Positions 26,395 through 34,341 of a DNA stretch of 59,485 nucleotides are shown here, in pieces. This DNA is from a virus: the IMG/VR virus record IMGVR_UViG_3300000838_000001. One strand, written 5' to 3'. The notes beneath the pieces were generated by a model. The model did no database searches. It had not been told where the DNA came from and worked only from the letters and a program-made list of their open reading frames with translations. The number at the start of each line of letters is the position of its first letter. The first letter of the stretch is position 1. A program made the position numbers and the translations under genes.

Positions 26395-26658
26395 TTAAAC
26401 TATTTTACCAGAAAATATCTCTAATTGTTCTAATCCATCATGAAGTTTTAAGAATGTAATTTTATCATTTTTAATTATAAATCCATTACATGAGTAACAG
26501 TTAATTTTAAACCAATTATGGTGTTTATAATTTCCGTTAAAATCTACATAAGAGTTTTCAATTAAAGTGTTTAATTCATCATTTGAAATTAATAGTTCAT
26601 AATAACCTTCTTCATTTAAAGCAGTTTTTCCAATTTTAGTAGTAGCATTATTTAACAT
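26395..26658 (-). CDS. Small early protein
   Basis: ATG 26658 follows AAAGGATGATAAAA. Own promoter cassette. Confidence 0.6.
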   Translation of the reverse strand: MLNNATTKIGKTALNEEGYYELLISNDELNTLIENSYVDFNGNYKHHNWFKINCYSCNGFIIKNDKITFLKLHDGLEQLEIFSGKIV

Positions 26659-26720
26659 TTTTATCATCCTTTTTATTTAGTATTTTGTAAGGAAATTTTA
26701 TCAACTTCCTTACAATAATT

Positions 26721-26749
26721 ATTGTACCACCTTTAAAACAGTACGTCAA
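26721..26749 (-). promoter_or_regulatory. Early promoter copy 5 (TTGACG-17-TACAAT)
   Basis: ATTGACGTACTGTTTTAAAGGTGG TACAAT. Divergent partner of the plus-strand copy. Confidence 0.65.
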
Positions 26750-26794
26750 TATAATTATAAAACTTTTTTAATAAAATTATTTATATAATATCTA

Positions 26795-26823
26795 TTGACG
26801 TACTGCTATAAAAATGATATAAT
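26795..26823 (+). promoter_or_regulatory. Same promoter type on the plus strand, driving the AbrB-like gene
   Basis: TTGACGTACTGCTATAAAAATGA TATAAT. Back to back with copy 5. Confidence 0.65.
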
Positions 26824-26845
26824 AATAACTGTAATAAAGGTTCAT

Positions 26846-26920
26846 GTGCTGAGACGAGGGTTTAAAGAATTATATGTTGAGACAAGGGTTTAAATATTTA
26901 CGTGCTGAGACGAGGGTTTA
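26846..26920 (+). repeat. Three 19-nt direct repeats, 28-nt period, in the leader of the AbrB-like gene
   Basis: GTGCTGAGACGAGGGTTTA at 26846 and 26902. ATGTTGAGACAAGGGTTTA at 26874. Confidence 0.9.
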
Positions 26921-26948
26921 CTAAAAATTAAATAAAGGACGTGTTTAT

Positions 26949-27149
26949 ATGACTATGGATAAACTAGGAGAAACTACCAGAATGTTATTAGTGAGTAGTT
27001 CTAAAGGGGGAAGTGGATCAATAACAACCAGAATGAACATTCCTAAAAAATGGTTAGATGATATGGAACTTGACTACCAAAATAAGGAAAAACTAGAAGT
27101 AATGTATAATGAAGATTTGAAAGTAATAACTATGCGAAAAGTCAATTAA
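26949..27149 (+). CDS. AbrB/SpoVT-family DNA-binding protein (candidate switch regulator)
   Basis: ITTRMNIPKKWLDDMELDYQNKEKLEV..LKVITMRK resembles the swapped-hairpin AbrB domain. 66 aa. Confidence 0.6.
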   Translation: MTMDKLGETTRMLLVSSSKGGSGSITTRMNIPKKWLDDMELDYQNKEKLEVMYNEDLKVITMRKVN

Positions 27150-27846
27150 AAGTTAATGGGAATTTTTCCCTACAACTTTTTTACATAAATTTGTTGCAAT
27201 TTAATATAACTTATGATATTCTATAATTGTTAAATGTAAATTTTCATAACTATTTATTTCCATTAAACGGAAACTATTTATTACAGTTATCGGAACTTTA
27301 TATTTGACAATTATTGGATATTTTTGATATTTTTTCATATAAATATTTTTGGAAAAGTATGGAATATTTACTACTTTATGGAAATATTTTATACCAAATT
27401 ATCCCAAAAATGGTAAAATTGGAAATGATTTACAAGTGATTTTTGAAAAATTTTTTCGTTTTTAAAGAGAAAGAATTGAGGAAAGCCAGCTTGATAAAAT
27501 TTTAAAAAATATTTTTGAATCAACTTTTATTAATTTAAAAGAAATTTATCAAAAGTCTAGCTTGATATTATAAATATAAAAGTTAATTATGACAATATTA
27601 ATTTAGTTAACTTAGGTTATTTCTAGCTTGATATTTAGTCAACAACATGGTTACAAACGCTGTAATATGCCTTTATTAAGTATTAGTTAATTATATTAAT
27701 CAATATATATATATATACATGCGTGTAAGAGTCCTATTAAGTGGCCTTATTTATATAAATATAATAAGCAAAAAATATTATATTTATTTTTAATAAAAAT
27801 CTATTAAAACTTAAAAATTTTATTATTTAACTATTAAATTAATATA

Positions 27847-27914
27847 CTAAAAACTTTCAAATAATTATAAATAACTTTAGTTTATTTTATTTATAATTAT
27901 TTGAAAGTTTTTAG
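27847..27914. repeat. 27-bp perfect inverted repeat (14-nt loop), almost entirely A/T
   Basis: 27847-27873 is the exact reverse complement of 27888-27914. Confidence 0.9.
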
Positions 27915-27985
27915 CATAAGCATCTATACGTTTTCGGGAAAAATTTATTAATATTTTGGTTCAAAAAAAGAACCCCCTCACCTTT

Positions 27986-28059
27986 TAAATTAATAATATA
28001 AAAAGCCCTAAAAACTATCGTCATCATAGTATTAAAGGGCTTTTTATATTATTAATTTA
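27986..28059. terminator. Bidirectional terminator-like 24-bp perfect inverted repeat
   Basis: Arms 27986-28009 and 28036-28059, with an AAAAAGCCCT / AGGGCTTTTT core. Lies between convergent transcription units. Confidence 0.7.
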
Positions 28060-28481
28060 GATTTTAAGAAAAACATTTTTAAATTTTTGATAACGTTTAC
28101 TAATAAGTATTTATATTTGTCGAAATCGCATTTTAAGGTTCATACTTATTTAGAAAATTAGAAATTTATTTTACATCGTAAGATTTAGTATAAATAATCA
28201 TAATTATTATCTTAATTAAATTATGTCGACCTAACTAATTTAGATAACTTTTAAGATTAAATATACTCTATCTAAGCTATTTGATGGGAGAGTTTATAGT
28301 ATTAATACGCCGTAACATATAATCTAAAACTGGTATAAGAATAAGAGAACACATTATCATATATCACATTTAAAGCATACGTGAGTACTCTTTCAAGCAC
28401 AAATAAATTATAACATTAATGAACAACATTGTAAACACTTTTAAATAAACTTATATAATTTATTTAATAAACTTTTTATGT

Positions 28482-28733
28482 TCAACAAATGAATTTATAG
28501 TGATACTTAATATTATAATCAATTACCATTGTTAATGTTTCCTCAGCTAAATCTACAATAGTCCAATTAGCATTATATAAATCATTATCTGAAACTTCGT
28601 TGCAAACTTCATATAAAATATAAGATGGTTCTCTACTTTTATATTTAGATATATGAAACGATTTTATATAATGTTCAATAACTTCTTTTATTATTTTCCT
28701 ATTAATTTCATAAGGCTGTTCATCGTAATACAT
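28482..28733 (-). CDS. Hypothetical protein
   Basis: 83 aa. Start overlaps the tdk stop. Last gene of the long minus-strand operon. Confidence 0.6.
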   Translation of the reverse strand: MYYDEQPYEINRKIIKEVIEHYIKSFHISKYKSREPSYILYEVCNEVSDNDLYNANWTIVDLAEETLTMVIDYNIKYHYKFIC

Positions 28734-29362
28734 TAGTTGCCCACAACTTTATTAATAGAGGTATCGTAACTATCAATACACATATCACATACTGTTTCAT
28801 AGTGAAGAGTTTTTAATACATCTTCTGGAACGATAGAATTATTTTCATTATTATCTTGTCTAATAATTCTCACATTATTTTTATCAAGTAGGATATTCCA
28901 TTCAGCATTACGTTTTCCACATTTATAACAAAAACCCTCATGAAAATCAAATTCATCTGAGTTATCTAATAAATATCTTGATGATTCAAAATATTTCTCA
29001 TTAAAATCTGTTACTAAACCACTACAAATAATATTCATATTTAAAATTTTACAAATATCAAGTAATCTATTAATAAATTCTTTATTAAAGAACTGTACCT
29101 CATCTATAAATAATATATCAATTTTATTTGTAAGGATAATATTAAAGAAAGTTCTAATATGGATTTCATCATTACTATCTAAATTAAATGCTGGTAATGT
29201 TTGTTCTAACACTCTACTTTTAACAATGCCAATATCTCTTGTATCATGTAAGGGTTTTAAAGAAAAGCATACTTTATTTTTACTTAATTCTTTTAAATAA
29301 ATAGAAATAAGTTCAGCTGTTTTTCCAGTTCTCATAACCCCACTAATAAACTTTATATTCAT
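28733..29362 (-). CDS. tdk: Thymidine kinase
   Basis: P-loop GVMRTGKT, FIDEVQFF, and a C-terminal CYKCG...C zinc motif as in type II thymidine kinases. Confidence 0.85.
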   Translation of the reverse strand: MNIKFISGVMRTGKTAELISIYLKELSKNKVCFSLKPLHDTRDIGIVKSRVLEQTLPAFNLDSNDEIHIRTFFNIILTNKIDILFIDEVQFFNKEFINRLLDICKILNMNIICSGLVTDFNEKYFESSRYLLDNSDEFDFHEGFCYKCGKRNAEWNILLDKNNVRIIRQDNNENNSIVPEDVLKTLHYETVCDMCIDSYDTSINKVVGN

Positions 29363-29383
29363 TAACTATTTCCCCCCAAAATA

Positions 29384-29809
29384 TTAAAATTTATATTCCA
29401 CTAGCAAACTTTCTTGAACTTCTTCAAGGTCATCACTAGTAATTTCTTGACATCTCCATACTAAATCTAAATCAAATGCTACTTGTCTAAGGTGGAGTAA
29501 AGCTTTATTATGAATAGACTTTACTTCATCAATGTTTTTATCTAATCTTGTAGCAATTTGAGAAAATGTTTGACATGGAAGTACATTAAAAGCATCATCA
29601 AACATTTCATAAGAATACCTTAACTTTATAACTAGATACTCCTCTTTAGTTAGGTTAGATGCCTTTAAAATAACGTTAGTAGTAACCCAATCGTGTATTT
29701 TAAGAGTAACATCCTCTTTTAACCTATCTTCTAAAATTCTACTGTGTATTTGATTTAAATTTTGTTCTAGTTTATCGTTAACTGTAATATCCATATTCCA
29801 TCTAACCAT
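29384..29809 (-). CDS. Sigma-70 region-4-like small protein
   Basis: LTKEEYLVIKLRYS...TFSQIATRLDKNIDEVKSIHNKALLHLRQ matches the sigma region 4 HTH pattern. No obvious region 2. Confidence 0.5.
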   Translation of the reverse strand: MVRWNMDITVNDKLEQNLNQIHSRILEDRLKEDVTLKIHDWVTTNVILKASNLTKEEYLVIKLRYSYEMFDDAFNVLPCQTFSQIATRLDKNIDEVKSIHNKALLHLRQVAFDLDLVWRCQEITSDDLEEVQESLLVEYKF

Positions 29810-29822
29810 CCCCTTAGTTAGA

Positions 29823-30389
29823 TTAACTAACTATTTCATTATAAATTTCTTTTACTGCTTCTTTTAATTCTTTTAAAGAACCGTTATTTTTAATTAAATA
29901 ATCAAATGCTAGTTTATCAGTATACTTTTCAGCATCAGCATTTAATAAACACTCTTCCCCACTTTTAATAGCTCTTTCTTTTCTAATTTTTTCATCACAA
30001 TCTATCTTAATAAAAATAAATCCATGCTTCTTACACCATTCATATTCATTTTCTTGTCTTAAATCAGTAATAATAAAGTTTTCTAATTTATTGTATTTTA
30101 TATGACTACGATATTCTTCATCTACAAAGTTAACCCAAACATTTTCATCAATCTCTCTACAATACTGGGCATACTTTCTATAAGATTCTATAGGTCTAGG
30201 TATACGTTCAATATTAGGGAAAGTCTCTTGAAAACTTCTAACCATTTTATATCCAAATGACATAAACTTAAGATATTCATAAGTATCAATAAAATAAAGA
30301 TCATCAAACATTGGTGCAACTGTATCTTTACCAGACCTAGATTTACCTATTAAGGCTATTTTTAGAGACTTATCATAACTAATTTTCAT
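29823..30389 (-). CDS. Deoxynucleoside monophosphate kinase-like P-loop protein
   Basis: IALIGKSRSGKDT P-loop. Size and context resemble phage dNMP kinases. Confidence 0.6.
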   Translation of the reverse strand: MKISYDKSLKIALIGKSRSGKDTVAPMFDDLYFIDTYEYLKFMSFGYKMVRSFQETFPNIERIPRPIESYRKYAQYCREIDENVWVNFVDEEYRSHIKYNKLENFIITDLRQENEYEWCKKHGFIFIKIDCDEKIRKERAIKSGEECLLNADAEKYTDKLAFDYLIKNNGSLKELKEAVKEIYNEIVS

Positions 30390-30418
30390 AAAATATTACC
30401 TCCAATATTTTAAAATAC

Positions 30419-30658
30419 TTATTCTAAAATTAATTTAGCCTTTTTAGTAACATCTCTTAATTTGCTATTGCTGTAATATCCCTCTAATTCATCAAAGGTT
30501 TTTGATGTAAAAATTAATTCTTTGTCTTCTAAATCTAATACTGAAAAAAGATTTTCAGTATTTTTTATAACCATCCTATAGTAATAATCATCTACTATAA
30601 AAATTAATCCATTATAAAAGTTAACTTTCTCTAATGAAGTCTTATCAATAATTAACAT
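30419..30658 (-). CDS. Hypothetical protein (paralog family A)
   Basis: SD GAGGAGAA. Shares the pattern ..VLDLEDKE..F.S.FDELEGYY....DVT with 32466, 32708 and 35222. Confidence 0.6.
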   Translation of the reverse strand: MLIIDKTSLEKVNFYNGLIFIVDDYYYRMVIKNTENLFSVLDLEDKELIFTSKTFDELEGYYSNSKLRDVTKKAKLILE

Positions 30659-30917
30659 CTAAATTCTCCTCTTTTTCACAGATATAATCTCTTAATCTAT
30701 CTTTATAAAAGGCCATATTTTCCTTTAATATAATATTAGCTGATAATAATTTATATATTAATTCGTCTACCTGTTCCACATTAAAGCTTAGGCAAACAGT
30801 TCCTATGTCACTTTCACTAGCTTCTATGAAAATATTCATATTTAAAACTTCTATACTTAAACTATCATCGAATTCATCTTCTACGTGTTCTTTAAAATAT
30901 TTAAAATCATTTGACAT
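30645..30917 (-). CDS. Hypothetical protein
   Basis: ATG 30917 follows GGAGGGAAAG. Confidence 0.55.
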   Translation of the reverse strand: MSNDFKYFKEHVEDEFDDSLSIEVLNMNIFIEASESDIGTVCLSFNVEQVDELIYKLLSANIILKENMAFYKDRLRDYICEKEENLDVNY

Positions 30918-31128
30918 AAGGCTTTCCCTCCAAATACTCATAAGCTTCTAAAATAGTTGAAACAAATTCATCTAAATTCCCTTTATTTAAAATTATTGAA
31001 TTTAAATTATATATAAAGTTTTCATCTTTATCATAATCACTAGTCCAAATTGTTAAATAAAAGTCATTTCCTTTAACTTCTATATCAAATCTATCGTTAG
31101 CACCATCTCTAAGCGTTCTTTCAAACAT
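30907..31128 (-). CDS. Hypothetical protein
   Basis: SD AGGAGGAA upstream. 73 aa. Confidence 0.6.
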   Translation of the reverse strand: MFERTLRDGANDRFDIEVKGNDFYLTIWTSDYDKDENFIYNLNSIILNKGNLDEFVSTILEAYEYLEGKPYVK

Positions 31129-31148
31129 TTTAATTCCTCCTAATTTAA

Positions 31149-31778
31149 TTAATTATTAAAAATATCTGAAAATAAATATGCTGGAACATCATTATCAATA
31201 AAGCATTTATAAATAAGTTCACATAAAACTTGAATATCACTTTGAGCATGACCTTCAGCACGTAATTTAAAGAAATGTCTCCATGCACGGATATTTCCAG
31301 TCATTGTAATATCAACTTTACAGCTGTTTGGTAAAACACTTCTTGCAACTTCTGGATTACAACCTAACCAAATTAATTGGAAATAAGAATTTTCAGCATT
31401 AGACATAGCTTCTTCCCATTCTTCATAAGCAACATTTGTTTTAAGATTTTCTGGAACAATTACTGTAATCTCACTTTCAAATTTATCTTTAGAATAGTTG
31501 TTATATCGTTGACTTTCAATAGAAAAGCTTGTACCAATTCTATGTCTAGTGATTTGTGCCATCATAGCTCTATCTGTTGTAATATCAACTGTAATAGAAG
31601 CATGTTCACAAACACTATCATGATGATGTTGCTTTACAACTTGATTAAATAACTTCTCAGCAGAACCCTCTTTTACAAATTTATGTGATTTATAACATTG
31701 TCTAGTAGCATGTTCTATTACTTCACCAATATTAGGAGTTTTTGTAACTAACTTTACAGATTGTTTAACAATTTTCAT
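31149..31778 (-). CDS. thyX: Flavin-dependent thymidylate synthase
   Basis: ThyX signature RHRxxSxxxxSxR is present as TRHRIGTSFSIESQRY. Confidence 0.9.
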   Translation of the reverse strand: MKIVKQSVKLVTKTPNIGEVIEHATRQCYKSHKFVKEGSAEKLFNQVVKQHHHDSVCEHASITVDITTDRAMMAQITRHRIGTSFSIESQRYNNYSKDKFESEITVIVPENLKTNVAYEEWEEAMSNAENSYFQLIWLGCNPEVARSVLPNSCKVDITMTGNIRAWRHFFKLRAEGHAQSDIQVLCELIYKCFIDNDVPAYLFSDIFNN

Positions 31779-32431
31779 TAGTTACCCTCCTTTAATGATT
31801 TAAGGCAAGATAATTCTAAATTATTTAAGAAATAAGAGTATGCTGGTTCATTTTGTATTAGTTCATCTTTTCCAATGACTTCATAAGATTTTTTAAAATC
31901 TACAGATATGTTAAAATGGGTATTTAAAATACTTAGAGATTTATTATTTATATTTATTACTAAATAAATAGTACCATCCTCAGTATTTCTAACTAGATTC
32001 CCTTTTTTAATTTCTTTTTTAGATTCTTGATACCCATATGGTAAACAAGTATAAAAATCTATTGCCAAGAAATCCTCTAAGCTAATATGTTCCTCATATT
32101 CAAAACCAACAAAATGACTAAAATAAAATATTTTATTATCTTTAGTATAATAAGTTCTATTTGCATAAAGATTTTTTATAAAACCACCATTAAATATAAT
32201 TTCCAAAGCTTTACTTGATGTAACTTTTTCATCTAAAAAATAACCCATTTCTTCGGTAATATATTGTGCATAACTGCTATTGCTGTAAACATTTCCATTA
32301 CTAAAAAAGTCGTCAATTACTATAACTTTTCCCAATAATTCTTCTGTAAAAAATTCCCAATAACCATAAAATTCACCAGTTTTTAAACTACTATATACAT
32401 AAAATCTTTTACCTATATTATCTTTTGACAT
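31778..32431 (-). CDS. Hypothetical protein
   Basis: 217 aa. Translationally coupled to thyX. Confidence 0.6.
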   Translation of the reverse strand: MSKDNIGKRFYVYSSLKTGEFYGYWEFFTEELLGKVIVIDDFFSNGNVYSNSSYAQYITEEMGYFLDEKVTSSKALEIIFNGGFIKNLYANRTYYTKDNKIFYFSHFVGFEYEEHISLEDFLAIDFYTCLPYGYQESKKEIKKGNLVRNTEDGTIYLVININNKSLSILNTHFNISVDFKKSYEVIGKDELIQNEPAYSYFLNNLELSCLKSLKEGN

Positions 32432-32465
32432 AAATTATTCCCCCATATGTTTTAAAATAATTATT

Positions 32466-32708
32466 CTATTGAACTAATTTAGCTATTTCTGTTATATCAG
32501 TAATTTTAAAATCTTCATAATACTCATTTAAATCATCTAAAGAATCAAATGTTCCTAACATATCGTCATCATTTAAATCTACTACCGTATAACCGTTATC
32601 TTTATCATTTGTAATAACTAATCTAACCTCATCGTCATATGTGAAAACTGAACCAACTTTCAATTCAACTTTTTCAATTTGAATATTTTTTAATCTTTCA
32701 ATTCTCAT
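32466..32708 (-). CDS. Hypothetical protein (paralog family A)
   Basis: YTVVDLNDDDMLGTFDSLDDLNEYYEDFKITDIT. Confidence 0.6.
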   Translation of the reverse strand: MRIERLKNIQIEKVELKVGSVFTYDDEVRLVITNDKDNGYTVVDLNDDDMLGTFDSLDDLNEYYEDFKITDITEIAKLVQ

Positions 32709-32974
32709 TAGTTATTTCCTCCAACAATTATTTCAATATTTTCAGTAACGTTAATTGCATTATATTGATTTAACACATCTAAAAGCTCATTTTTATACCC
32801 ACTTCTACTTAGATAACCTCCTGTTGTAATATTAAGTAATTCATACTCATTATTTCTATCAATAAGTAAATACACATCATTTCCAAATACATTATCCGTA
32901 AAGAAATAATTACCTTTTTTCATATCCTCTAATGTAAGTTCAGATAATTTTCCAAGATTATTTGTAAATTTCAT
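32708..32974 (-). CDS. Hypothetical protein (paralog family A, divergent)
   Basis: YELLNITTGGYLSRSGYKNELLDVLNQY..INVT. Confidence 0.55.
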   Translation of the reverse strand: MKFTNNLGKLSELTLEDMKKGNYFFTDNVFGNDVYLLIDRNNEYELLNITTGGYLSRSGYKNELLDVLNQYNAINVTENIEIIVGGNN

Positions 32975-32994
32975 TTATATTTCCCCCAATATTT

Positions 32995-33489
32995 TTATAA
33001 ATTATTTATATAATCGTTTTTAATAAGCCAAGTTAAGCCTACAGCTACAGCATCTGATTCATCAAATGTCTTATAAGTATGCCATCCAACATATTTTGCT
33101 AAGTTTTCTTGAACTTTATCTTTTTTAGCTTTACCATCACCTGTAATAGTTTTCTTTACAGTTGTTACATGTACCTCATAAATTTCATCTATTCCTAAAT
33201 CGAATAATCCATAGGTAACAGCACCGTTTACTAGGAATATTTTTTGAGTAGCACTAATAAAATTATTTGAAAAACTAGATTCCCTTACTACTGCATCAAA
33301 TGAATAATCACATTCAATAAAATTTTGTAAAGTACTTACAATATGTTTTAATCTTTGTCCCATGAAATCCTTAGAATTAGTTTTTATTAAACCATATTTA
33401 ATAAGTTCTGCTTTTCTAGTTTTATTATCTGATTCTATAATTGCATATCCAGTAGAAGTTAGTGATAAATCTAGTGCTAAAATTAACAT
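32995..33489 (-). CDS. ruvC: RuvC-fold Holliday junction resolvase
   Basis: LALDLSLTSTGYA, VVRESSF and DESDAVAVGL match the acidic catalytic residues of RuvC-like resolvases. Confidence 0.8.
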   Translation of the reverse strand: MLILALDLSLTSTGYAIIESDNKTRKAELIKYGLIKTNSKDFMGQRLKHIVSTLQNFIECDYSFDAVVRESSFSNNFISATQKIFLVNGAVTYGLFDLGIDEIYEVHVTTVKKTITGDGKAKKDKVQENLAKYVGWHTYKTFDESDAVAVGLTWLIKNDYINNL

Positions 33490-33500
33490 TTTAAAACCCT

Positions 33501-34244
33501 CTAATATAAACTAATTTGGTTATTTATATTTTTTATTTCCTTTGATAAGGTATGGGAAGTTTGATAACTATTCAAAATCTCAATCGCTGAGGGCAACTCA
33601 CAACGTTTTATAGCCTTATAGCTCTTAACACCAAATTCTCTTCTAAGTTGGATTTGAACATCCGAAAAAACCCTACGCCTTAACGAAACATCATTGTAAG
33701 CTGGTGAACGATAACCCCCAAGTGTTTTTACAGCTACTTTTTTAACAGTGTTTTGTAATTCATCACTCTCTACTCCAAATAAAGGTGAATTTTCTTTCAT
33801 ATCTATAACTACACTTTTTAAATCTTTAATTTCTTCATCGTGTTTTTCTAAAACTTGAAATTGTGTTTTTAATAAAGACATCGGATCAGTTGGTACTTGA
33901 ATTTGTTGTTCTTTGACTTTGAAATAAGTTTCTTCTAAATTTTCGAATTGCTCCCATGCTTTGTCAGTATCTAAAATTTTCGAATGACGATTAGCTCCTC
34001 GTTCTGTCCAAAGGTAGAGGATTGATACGTACTTAAGGTTTTCAACATTTAGATGAGACCCTTTAAAGACTTTAAGTTCCTCCCCTTGCAATAAAAAATA
34101 ATGCTTCCCCTCTTCAAATCTCTCTTCGTTTCTTTTGAAATTATTAGAAATGTTAACTTCGTTAGTCTCATACACCTCCGCTAGTTGTTTCGTTGTCAAC
34201 ACTGGCACTGCATTGTAACTAAATTTTTGTAAACTATTTGTCAT
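33501..34244 (-). CDS. ORF6N/ORF6C-type antirepressor-like DNA-binding protein
   Basis: N-terminal PVLTTKQLAEVYETNEVNISNNFKRNEERFEEGKHYF resembles the ORF6N domain. Confidence 0.65.
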   Translation of the reverse strand: MTNSLQKFSYNAVPVLTTKQLAEVYETNEVNISNNFKRNEERFEEGKHYFLLQGEELKVFKGSHLNVENLKYVSILYLWTERGANRHSKILDTDKAWEQFENLEETYFKVKEQQIQVPTDPMSLLKTQFQVLEKHDEEIKDLKSVVIDMKENSPLFGVESDELQNTVKKVAVKTLGGYRSPAYNDVSLRRRVFSDVQIQLRREFGVKSYKAIKRCELPSAIEILNSYQTSHTLSKEIKNINNQISLY

Positions 34245-34341
34245 AAATATTTCCCCCTAAGTTATTTCTAAAAATCTATTAAAGCAAAAAATAGTAAAAA
34301 TAGTAAAAATAAAATTAATAATAAAATAACTGCTTCTAAAC

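Noticed and set aside
26846-26920. Considered whether the three 19-nt repeats are a mini-CRISPR array
   Set aside because: The spacers are only 9 nt, there are only three units, and no cas genes or leader are present. The geometry does not fit CRISPR.
27478-27487. GAGGAAAGCC, resembling the RNase P RNA P4 motif GAGGAAAGUCC
   Set aside because: It is a single short imperfect match, and the other conserved RNase P regions are not nearby. It is probably chance.
22517-28481. Searched the ORF-free regions (and 14925-16082) for tRNA or tmRNA genes
   Set aside because: I found no cloverleaf-compatible segment with a GTTCGAATC-like T-arm or a CCA-proximal acceptor pairing by eye. tRNAscan-SE or ARAGORN should confirm this.
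31377-31652. 91-aa ORF antisense to thyX. Likewise 36339-36527, 36715-37014, 55185-55604, 57102-57428 and 59160-59345
   Set aside because: Each lies inside a longer gene with recognisable motifs, on the opposite strand or in another frame.
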